A stretch of DNA of 64,000 nucleotides from a virus: positions 2,942 through 66,941 of the IMG/VR virus record IMGVR_UViG_3300046467_000379. One strand, written 5' to 3'. Of the stretch, positions 1-7,424 are shown piece by piece. The notes under the pieces were generated by a model. The model did no database searches and was not told the DNA's origin. It was given only the letters and a program-made list of their open reading frames with translations. The position numbers and the translations under genes are program-made. Numbering within the stretch: the stretch's first letter is position 1; each line of letters begins with the position of its first letter.

Positions 1-1157
1 GGAATTCCATCATCATCAGTCTCAGTTTCAGACACAGGAATATAACGCATCTTGTTCGTGTCAACTTCGGAAGGGAAGCCATAACGTTGTAAGAGGCGAT
101 GGTGTTCAGCTTCTCTACCCGCAATATTATTGAGAGTAGTGAATGATTTACCACTCTTTAGGGGGTCTTCGTTTTTGCTCATCCAATTTAAGAAAGAATC
201 CCCAAAGTTAATTTTACCAGTATTTTCAGACCTCATAATTACAATCTTCCTATGAACTTGTATTGGCGGTTTTTCTTCTTCCACCGCATCAAATAACTGG
301 CAGTAATCCCCAGGCATTATATCGCCTACTACTACATCACAAGTTCGTGTATCAGCATTAAAATATTTACAGTGACCACAATTAATACCCATTTGTTCTT
401 CAGGGGCAGTTGCGTCCCTATAACCACACTGGTCTTTATCTATTTTTCCTGTTTGTGGGAGTTCGGCTTTTAAGAGTTCAAACCCCGCCCCCTGGTTTAC
501 ACCCTTCTCACAAATAGTAACTTCAGCTAGTTCCATTTCATCCACTTGCATGTACGGGGTTTGGCCCTTCATCATATTCTGTACTTTAGTAGCACTACCC
601 GCAATAGAATAGCTTTTTAACAGTCCATTACTAATCTGGTCTGCAACCTTTTTAGCAATAGCAGTATCATCACGTAGTTCACAGATAAAGAAGAGTCCTC
701 CCTTCCCTACTCCTGACTTAAATATTTGACCACCCTTAGATATGTATGCAGGCAACGCCCATCCTACTTGAACATCTGAATGTAATACCATGACATTACG
801 AGTACGTTGGTTATCCATAAACTTCTTAAAGGCTTTAGATAACGCAGGGGTAGTAATAAGGTGCCCTTCCCTATCAATCATTTCGACTGAGGCAGGGCCA
901 CCAATTACCATAGGGTCAACCATGTCCATCTTTTGAATGCCTACAGCAGCTTGTTTATAAGTAGGACTGTCGGGAAAGGCTCTATATAGAGTTAAAATCT
1001 CTGCTTTAGAAGCATTTCCTGCATCATAATTATTTTTATATTCTGCTAAAGCATCTTGGATGTCTTCCATCGTGGTTTTCCCAGTTTGACCCTTCTCCAA
1101 CCAAAAAATTGAATCAGGGCTTTGAGCCACTTCAGATGTAGTAAAATATTTCGACAT
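1..1157 (-). CDS. HK97-type prohead (capsid maturation) protease fused to a HiPIP-like 4Fe-4S domain; 3'-truncated by the window edge
   Basis: Not in the ORF track. Manual translation from ATG at 1157 (TAATG overlap with the upstream stop) is open to position 1. Protease motifs: VIGGPASVEMIDREGHLI, VMVLHSDVQVG (His), LKSYSIAG (Ser), ELAEVTICEKGVNQGAGFELLKA. These are followed by KIDKDQCGYRD...NCGHCKYF..TCDVVVGDIMPGDYCQLF. Confidence 0.85.
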   Translation of the reverse strand, partial: MSKYFTTSEVAQSPDSIFWLEKGQTGKTTMEDIQDALAEYKNNYDAGNASKAEILTLYRAFPDSPTYKQAAVGIQKMDMVDPMVIGGPASVEMIDREGHLITTPALSKAFKKFMDNQRTRNVMVLHSDVQVGWALPAYISKGGQIFKSGVGKGGLFFICELRDDTAIAKKVADQISNGLLKSYSIAGSATKVQNMMKGQTPYMQVDEMELAEVTICEKGVNQGAGFELLKAELPQTGKIDKDQCGYRDATAPEEQMGINCGHCKYFNADTRTCDVVVGDIMPGDYCQLFDAVEEEKPPIQVHRKIVIMRSENTGKINFGDSFLNWMSKNEDPLKSGKSFTTLNNIAGREAEHHRLLQRYGFPSEVDTNKMRYIPVSETETDDDGI

Positions 1158-2086
1158 TAACTTGCATGGACTCCCCAAATAACACCATACACCTGGGTAC
1201 CAGCCCCAGATGCAATAGCAGATATTTTGGTTCGGGCATCTATAGGCCAATTAGTTGTTATAGATTCCCCTGTTTTCAAGAGTATGCCTGTGGAGGTTGT
1301 ACCCGCAGCGGTAGCATCTGTGTCTATAGCTATATTAACGGTCTGACTCCCGTGCCCATTCTTTAAACTAAACCCACGTACTGCTGAAATCCCTGGCCTA
1401 CGTTTCGATTCTGATAGATGGGCAGTCCCATTCCATTCGTAATTAACACCTTGGGCACCATCAACATAATCACTTAAATTACCATCTCTACGTTGTTCTA
1501 CCATAATCTTATCCACGTAAAAATCTATGTTGTGTTGTGCTACAGTAGTAATTGCTACTCTATACGTAGCAGCCACCCTTTCAAGGATTTCCCACTTGAC
1601 TGATATACGAGCAAAGGAAGTAGTCAAGCTATGAGTAGCACTGGCAGCTAACTCAACACCATCCTCATCCTGAATCACAATTTTAACATCGCCCGATGCA
1701 GAAGCCCCTCTAACTTCACACTGAGCTACGATAGATGTTCCTTCCGTATGCCCCGCAAATTTATCACTCCAATAGAATCCTTCCCCAGTTGCTGCGTTAG
1801 CAGGGTTCACTAAAAGGGAATTGCTGCCTGTGGCAGCTTGGGCACTACTTTGTGAGATTGCGGAGCCTGAAGCAGTAAATTCTGAAATTGTGGCATGTTC
1901 AATAGAGGGGTTCTTTATAAGGTTGACAGCTGGCTCTCCCCGTGCTACAGTCAATAAATCAACTGCGGTAGTACCAACAGTGATGTCAATCGGGACATAC
2001 TTAGTCCATAGATGGACACTACTTCTAGTACTGGGGTCTATTTCCCATTCAGGCCAGTTCTCTGGAAAATGTTCTGAAGTTGGCAT
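1157..2086 (-). CDS. Putative virion structural protein with a carbohydrate-binding-module-like (CBM4/9-type) domain
   Basis: NLIKNPSIE...ATGSNSLLV...FYVDKIMVEQ...DYVDG pattern typical of phage CBM-like domains; located in the head module. Confidence 0.55.
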   Translation of the reverse strand: MPTSEHFPENWPEWEIDPSTRSSVHLWTKYVPIDITVGTTAVDLLTVARGEPAVNLIKNPSIEHATISEFTASGSAISQSSAQAATGSNSLLVNPANAATGEGFYWSDKFAGHTEGTSIVAQCEVRGASASGDVKIVIQDEDGVELAASATHSLTTSFARISVKWEILERVAATYRVAITTVAQHNIDFYVDKIMVEQRRDGNLSDYVDGAQGVNYEWNGTAHLSESKRRPGISAVRGFSLKNGHGSQTVNIAIDTDATAAGTTSTGILLKTGESITTNWPIDARTKISAIASGAGTQVYGVIWGVHAS

Positions 2087-2094
2087 ATAATCTC

Positions 2095-2364
2095 CTAATC
2101 AGCTGAGAACCAGTTCATTATACCAATAAGGCTGACCAGCACTATTGCTGAATGGGTAAATAGTACACCCATCACAAACAAGGCTGATTTAGCCCCATAC
2201 ATACGAGTTCTCCAATGCTTTATTTCATCGAGTTCATCATTAAGTTTCTCTAAACTATTGCAAATCGTTGCGTTTAATTGGGTTTGCCCTTCTATGTACC
2301 TATCTAATCGCTCTGTATAGACTGCTAAGTTAACCTCTATTGAGGCATCATTTGGTACAGGCAT
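2095..2364 (-). CDS. Small coiled-coil plus C-terminal transmembrane protein (holin/XhlA-like candidate)
   Basis: 89 aa; N-terminal coiled coil, C-terminal hydrophobic stretch SALFVMGVLFTHSAIVLVSLIGIM. Confidence 0.45.
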   Translation of the reverse strand: MPVPNDASIEVNLAVYTERLDRYIEGQTQLNATICNSLEKLNDELDEIKHWRTRMYGAKSALFVMGVLFTHSAIVLVSLIGIMNWFSAD

Positions 2365-2372
2365 CAGGCAAT

Positions 2373-2696
2373 TTATCTACCGAATACTAAGACACGGACG
2401 GCAACAGCCGAAACATCAGTTGTAGACGCAACCTCATCCAAAATGGCACCATCAGCACCAGCTTCATACAAAGCTATTTTAGAGTTCGTGTAGTCATACT
2501 GAGCAACATAACCACTGTTTTCCATTGACAGCAACACAATATGGATAGATTCCAATCCCAAGGTAGCAGCTGTTAGAGCCTCGCCCCCTGAAGCATAGCT
2601 GCTATCAAAAGTGGCGGTTTTAATGACATATTTATTGTTTCCAGGGACACCTGTCATATCTGAAGCATTGCCTGGAACTGTTATTGCAAGAGCCAT
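2373..2696 (-). CDS. Putative capsid decoration/cement protein
   Basis: 107 aa directly after the major capsid gene, strong SD AAGGAGG, motif FDSSYASGGE...GYVAQYD...VRVLVFGR. Confidence 0.55.
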   Translation of the reverse strand: MALAITVPGNASDMTGVPGNNKYVIKTATFDSSYASGGEALTAATLGLESIHIVLLSMENSGYVAQYDYTNSKIALYEAGADGAILDEVASTTDVSAVAVRVLVFGR

Positions 2697-2713
2697 AGTT
2701 TATCCTCCTTAAA

Positions 2714-2760
2714 TAGAACAAGAAGAGAGGATGGGAGTATATTTCAACCCCCATCCCCCC
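2714..2760 (-). terminator. Hairpin (probably a leaky intrinsic terminator) after the major capsid gene
   Basis: Minus strand GGGGGGATGGGGGT-TGAAATAT-ACTCCCATCCTCTC followed by TTCTTGTTCT. Confidence 0.65.
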
Positions 2761-2770
2761 ACCGAATTAC

Positions 2771-4135
2771 TTAGACGCTTAGGTCACAGATTTTAGCCTG
2801 AACAAAGAAGTTCTTGCAGCGCAACTCACCAAGAGTGTACAGCAAGCCCCTGACAACCAAGCTGTTAGCAGCGAAGTAGTCACGGTTTTCGATGTATTGG
2901 GTAGGCTGGGCAATTGACATCTCAAGATAGTCAGTGTCCAGTACGTAAACGTTACTACCCAGGATAGCACCAGCAGAGCTTACGCTCTTAGGCACATCGG
3001 CATCAGGTAGGATGGGGATACCCATGTAGGTAGCCAAAACCAATCCAGTACGGGTACCAGGGAATGTTCGCTCAGAGCCAACACCAACCTGATATTCTTC
3101 CTGACCCATGTAACGTTGCTGTGAATTCAGCAGACGTTCCAGTTTGAAGTACTGGTCATGACCCATGAGGATGAGTTTTGGCTCACCGCCATTTTCCCGA
3201 ATCTTCTGGATACAAGTATCAATCAGATTAAGGGAGAGGTCACGGCCTACACCAGCGTTGTGGCTGACGTTAGCAGCAGCATTCCAACCACCAGCAGTCC
3301 GTCCAGCTATCGTAAGGTCAAAAGCCCTAGCGTTAGCAGCCAATCCACCAGAAGCAGCCCCGTCTTCAGCTACGATATCATCCAAGCTGGTGAACCCAGC
3401 GCGGGAATATACGTAAGCCAAGTCACCAGCAGCCCAGGCAGGGCTAGAGGTGTCAACAGTTACAGTGCCAGCACTATGAGCGGTACTAGAAGCACCACCA
3501 ACAGTGACACCACCAGTTAGGTCATGAGCAGAACCAGAACCGTCGTAACGGGCAAACTCATCACCTAGATGGAAGTTATTAGCAATAGCAGCACTGTTGA
3601 AAACAACAGTGGTACCGCTACCACCAGTGGCCCTAGCAGCAGCCAAGGACAACAATTCAAAGTTGACCTCTTTCATGTGGTCTAGCTGGGCGTTTTCATT
3701 CTCCAACGCCAGCACGTCACCGACACCACCTTCTAGTTGGGCAGTGAACACTGACTTGACCGATGCACCGAAGGTTGTAGCAACAATTCGGGGCAAGCTG
3801 GAAACCGTCTGGATAGCAGAAATATCTACTGTCGGGAGGTTACCAGTTTCTAGGATGGGCGAACTGCGGTTTGCACCACGGTCAGACCGAATCCTCCAAC
3901 CAGCTGTGTTACCCCACACAGTACGTGGGATAGCATTAAAAAACCTAGTTTGGTTGTTTAGAGCTTGCCAAACTTTCCGTCCATACGTGGTATTAAAAAT
4001 ACCAGTAGCGGTATCAACCGTGAACGGAGTTCCGACACCAGCACCAGCTTTCTTCATGAAGCCAGGGCCGAATACACTCTGATACAACCCTCGTTGTGAC
4101 TGAGCAATATACTCAGAAAGGGATGGATTAGCCAT
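2771..4135 (-). CDS. Major capsid protein (HK97 fold) with an inserted beta-rich domain
   Basis: 454 aa after the scaffold; YGRKVWQALN, LSLNLIDTCIQKIRENGGEPKLILM, YMGIPILPD, VYVLDTDYL motifs. Confidence 0.88.
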   Translation of the reverse strand: MANPSLSEYIAQSQRGLYQSVFGPGFMKKAGAGVGTPFTVDTATGIFNTTYGRKVWQALNNQTRFFNAIPRTVWGNTAGWRIRSDRGANRSSPILETGNLPTVDISAIQTVSSLPRIVATTFGASVKSVFTAQLEGGVGDVLALENENAQLDHMKEVNFELLSLAAARATGGSGTTVVFNSAAIANNFHLGDEFARYDGSGSAHDLTGGVTVGGASSTAHSAGTVTVDTSSPAWAAGDLAYVYSRAGFTSLDDIVAEDGAASGGLAANARAFDLTIAGRTAGGWNAAANVSHNAGVGRDLSLNLIDTCIQKIRENGGEPKLILMGHDQYFKLERLLNSQQRYMGQEEYQVGVGSERTFPGTRTGLVLATYMGIPILPDADVPKSVSSAGAILGSNVYVLDTDYLEMSIAQPTQYIENRDYFAANSLVVRGLLYTLGELRCKNFFVQAKICDLSV

Positions 4136-4164
4136 AAAAAATCTCCTTACGCTTTGTTTTTAAA

Positions 4165-5010
4165 TTAACCTATGAGTTCGCGGGGAACGCCGTCCGTCTC
4201 ACCACTTTCAATAGTTTCCTGCAACCGACGCAAGTCCTGATAGGACATCTGCATCATCTGGTCAACAGTATCTCCACCCGCAGCTTCCTTCTGAATAGGT
4301 GCAGTGCCATCTGTACCAATGGTATCCTCATAGCGGATAACGGTAGGACGGGTAAGAGAAGTCTCTTCACGGAAGCCCATCTTTCGCAGACGGCCCTCAG
4401 TTTCAGTTTGAATGGCTTTCTGCATACTGTTTGCACCACTCAAAGCAGACTTCAACTCATTAATCTGTTTCTGCATATTTTCTATTACTGGATACTGTTC
4501 CGCGTTCTCCATTCCATAGCCATATCCTTCTTCCAATTCTTTATCCTTGTCTTCTTCTGTATCCTCAGGTTCACCATTCTCCTCGTTCAAATCCTCGTCT
4601 TCCTCTGTATACATCGCTTCTTCCTTCAACAGGTTAAGCTGTTTTTGCATGGCTTGAATTGTAGCCTGTTGGTCAGTCAACTTATTAACTACAGTGACTG
4701 CCTTTTCAGAGTCATCATGCCCCTTTGTCACAGAGCCAGCCTTGCGTTCTTTCGCAGAGCCTTCTTTGTCCATATCAGGCATACCCTGGTCTGCTTTAAT
4801 CAAACCATACACTTCCCCAGCTACGGCCTTAATGATTTCTTGCTTCTCAAAAGCATCTTCCTCATTCTCAGCCAATTCCATATCATACTCTTCCTGTTTA
4901 CTTATACGGTAGTCCATCTTGTGCAAGACCTCCGCAACAGCAGCAAGAGCGAGATTAGAGCCTTCTATCTGTTTCTCCAACCTCTCCACAATGTCATTGT
5001 CTTGTGCCAT
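4165..5010 (-). CDS. Capsid scaffolding protein
   Basis: Acidic coiled-coil protein directly upstream of the MCP; SD GGAGG 6 nt before ATG at 5010. Confidence 0.7.
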   Translation of the reverse strand: MAQDNDIVERLEKQIEGSNLALAAVAEVLHKMDYRISKQEEYDMELAENEEDAFEKQEIIKAVAGEVYGLIKADQGMPDMDKEGSAKERKAGSVTKGHDDSEKAVTVVNKLTDQQATIQAMQKQLNLLKEEAMYTEEDEDLNEENGEPEDTEEDKDKELEEGYGYGMENAEQYPVIENMQKQINELKSALSGANSMQKAIQTETEGRLRKMGFREETSLTRPTVIRYEDTIGTDGTAPIQKEAAGGDTVDQMMQMSYQDLRRLQETIESGETDGVPRELIG

Positions 5011-5102
5011 GTGCATCCTCCTTCCTAGTTCAGAAAGTTGGTCTAAGCCACCTCCGACTTCCCGACAAATAAATAGATATAGTACGACGGATTTCGTACT
5101 TA

Positions 5103-5115
5103 ATATATTATACTA
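5103..5115 (-). promoter_or_regulatory. Putative late promoter (-10-only AGTATAATATA) for the scaffold-capsid operon
   Basis: One copy of a motif found about 10 times upstream of minus-strand gene starts. Confidence 0.55.
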
Positions 5116-5156
5116 TGAATTCCGAATTATTTCGTATTTTTATAGTATAATTAGTG

Positions 5157-5375
5157 TCAGTTTTCAATGTCTTCTGGAACGTCCCCTTCTACTGTAAGCT
5201 TTAGAATTTCATTCCTAAAGTCATAGAGAGGAACTTGTATCAATTTTTTAACTTTTTCACATTGAGTCCCTTCAGGCATAGCAGTCTCAATTAAATCTAA
5301 AACTTTACCTACCATACGTGAATGTCTTGCGATAACATACTCTTGTAAAGGGGTTACTTTACTCACATCTACCAT
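5157..5375 (-). CDS. Hypothetical protein (72 aa)
   Basis: ORF with SD AGGAG, in the tightly packed operon. Confidence 0.65.
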   Translation of the reverse strand: MVDVSKVTPLQEYVIARHSRMVGKVLDLIETAMPEGTQCEKVKKLIQVPLYDFRNEILKLTVEGDVPEDIEN

Positions 5376-5390
5376 AATCTCGCTCCTAAC

Positions 5391-5771
5391 TTATAAATAT
5401 CGTTGTAAACTATTTGGTTTCCGTAATGCTTCCATACATTTTTGAAGAGTATCCTCTATCGAAAACCCCACAGTAGGTGACTCCTCTTCTTGAGCCTCTA
5501 GTTGTGCTAATTCTAATGCAGAGGGCATTGTATTCTGCCTCACATGCGACTGTATCCATGTATACCCACCTCCCTTTTTTCTTCTGTAATGACCTGTAAC
5601 GTCTTGACCACCACTATACGCTGTTTCCACCTTCTGTTGTACTACATCCACCCCATCAACCACCAATTCACCCTGAGCAGAAAACTTAAAGTGTCTGTCA
5701 GGGTGTTCTTGCTGTAAACAATCCAGCACAAATTGGTATATAGCGGATTCTATTTGAGTTTGTATAGACAT
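5391..5771 (-). CDS. Hypothetical protein (126 aa) with a basic VTGHYRR..WIQSHVRQ segment
   Basis: ORF in operon; V-x-G/S-H-x-R repeats are common in phage neck/head proteins. Confidence 0.55.
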   Translation of the reverse strand: MSIQTQIESAIYQFVLDCLQQEHPDRHFKFSAQGELVVDGVDVVQQKVETAYSGGQDVTGHYRRKKGGGYTWIQSHVRQNTMPSALELAQLEAQEEESPTVGFSIEDTLQKCMEALRKPNSLQRYL

Positions 5772-5778
5772 CGTATAT

Positions 5779-6012
5779 TTACTGAGTACCTTCTAATGAA
5801 ATTTTTTGAATCTTCTTCATTGTAATTCTTTCTTTCTCTCCAAACCCCCACCGTTCCCTTAATCCTGGCCTACGCAACAGTTCCTGTTTTAAGACTTCCA
5901 ATTCCTCTGGGCCAAGCTCCCCACCAAATCCAGGGGTGAGGAGCCGTATATCATATCCTGTACGTTCTGTGAATGTTTTTTTAAACTTTGGCATAGGTGG
6001 TAGCCCACACAT
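5779..6012 (-). CDS. Hypothetical protein (true start may be ATG 5994)
   Basis: Fills the gap between neighbouring genes on the coding strand. Confidence 0.55.
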   Translation of the reverse strand: MCGLPPMPKFKKTFTERTGYDIRLLTPGFGGELGPEELEVLKQELLRRPGLRERWGFGEKERITMKKIQKISLEGTQ

Positions 6013-7297
6013 CTTTCATAGTACTATTAAACATGCTGGGTGTATCATCAAACCTGTCTAAATAAATCACTTCCAGGCCCACATTGCCATAGTCTGGGTG
6101 CCAATAAGTAACTACTTGTTTAGGGGGCGTAATGGCTTGAACACGCTGCAAGGCGAATTCATCTCCACCCTTCATTGTCCCACATATATATGCTGCCCCA
6201 GTACCTATATCCATAACATCTACACGATGGAAATGGCCCATAAGGACATCTGAGAAATTTCCTGGCATCACCCCATCATGTTCTACAATAGTGCTTTCCA
6301 GAGCTTGTTTAAACTGTATAACCCCACGCATATTCCCAATCATTCGACTGATAGATGCAGAACTTCCACCACCTGATATAGCATCACCATGAAACATTAG
6401 AACATTTTTACCAGCTATATCCACTATATGAGCAAAAGATTTAGGTATATCAAAGTGAATGTTCTTCTGATTCGCACAGAAAGCCGCCATCCATTGGTAT
6501 GCCAAGTAATCCCAATCCATGTATTTATCCTTCATTGGAGGTTTTCTTGTCATTCTTCCATGATTACCTACCACACAAGGAACCTTAATAGTTTTAAAGT
6601 GCGGAGCCAAAAACATGAGTGCTTGGGAAATTGAACTAGCTGTGTGCATCATCTGCATCATACAGTTATCAAGATTGGTACGAGATAATTCTTCATGTAT
6701 ATCCCCACTAATCATATCCCCTAACATAGGAACCATCAACTCATCAATATTACAAATATTACGCCTATATGTGGCTAAATTTAGAACTTGGTTCGCCCAC
6801 CCTGACAACCGCCTATTAAAAATATCATAATCATAAGCGTTCATAGACATCATTTGGGGTGCAAACACTTCTTCCCCTACATGCGTATCAGTAAGTACAG
6901 CCACCATCACTTGAGCTTTGGATGATTTCCCTTTGGCAGGGGGTGGTTTGATAGGCACAGCATCAAAAGTTGGTGCATATGTTTGAATAGCCTCTACAAT
7001 CAAATCTTTCTTAGCATCGCCTGAAATCACTTGCTGATACAATTTTTTATAGTAATTTAGTTCTGCTTTATAGGTTGCTACTTTTTTATCAAGCTTAGTT
7101 CTATCCTCTATCGACTCCAAGAGTTCTTCTTGGTCTACCTCGTCTTCGCTGAAAGCCTCTCTGTCGTACCAGCGTTGGACGGTTGTCCTGTGAATCGGAA
7201 TCCCGTATTCCTCCTCTATCCACTGTGATATCCCCGTCCACGTCTCCCCCTCTTGCTTCTTTTTTATTATTTCTAATCTTGCCTGTTCTGGAATCAT
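5981..7297 (-). CDS. Calcineurin-like metallophosphoesterase with N-terminal HTH and coiled coil
   Basis: All five motifs present: DTH, GDMISG, GNHGR, FHGD, GHFH; N-terminal WTGISQWIEEEYGIPIHRTTVQRWY resembles an HTH; SD AAGGAG. Confidence 0.85.
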   Translation of the reverse strand: MIPEQARLEIIKKKQEGETWTGISQWIEEEYGIPIHRTTVQRWYDREAFSEDEVDQEELLESIEDRTKLDKKVATYKAELNYYKKLYQQVISGDAKKDLIVEAIQTYAPTFDAVPIKPPPAKGKSSKAQVMVAVLTDTHVGEEVFAPQMMSMNAYDYDIFNRRLSGWANQVLNLATYRRNICNIDELMVPMLGDMISGDIHEELSRTNLDNCMMQMMHTASSISQALMFLAPHFKTIKVPCVVGNHGRMTRKPPMKDKYMDWDYLAYQWMAAFCANQKNIHFDIPKSFAHIVDIAGKNVLMFHGDAISGGGSSASISRMIGNMRGVIQFKQALESTIVEHDGVMPGNFSDVLMGHFHRVDVMDIGTGAAYICGTMKGGDEFALQRVQAITPPKQVVTYWHPDYGNVGLEVIYLDRFDDTPSMFNSTMKDVWATTYAKV

Positions 7298-7424
7298 ACT
7301 CTCTCCTTACCGTTAGAACTATAATTTTCCCGCACATCAAACAATTTAAGTCATTGTCCTCATTGACATACATATTGCCTGCACATTTAGGACACATACT
7401 ATCAGAAATACTAGGCATAGTCAA
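7101..7424 (-). CDS. Small zinc-ribbon protein
   Basis: CPKC...CLMCG; the C-terminal 65 codons overlap the next gene. Confidence 0.55.
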   Translation of the reverse strand: MTMPSISDSMCPKCAGNMYVNEDNDLNCLMCGKIIVLTVRREYDSRTGKIRNNKKEARGGDVDGDITVDRGGIRDSDSQDNRPTLVRQRGFQRRRGRPRRTLGVDRG

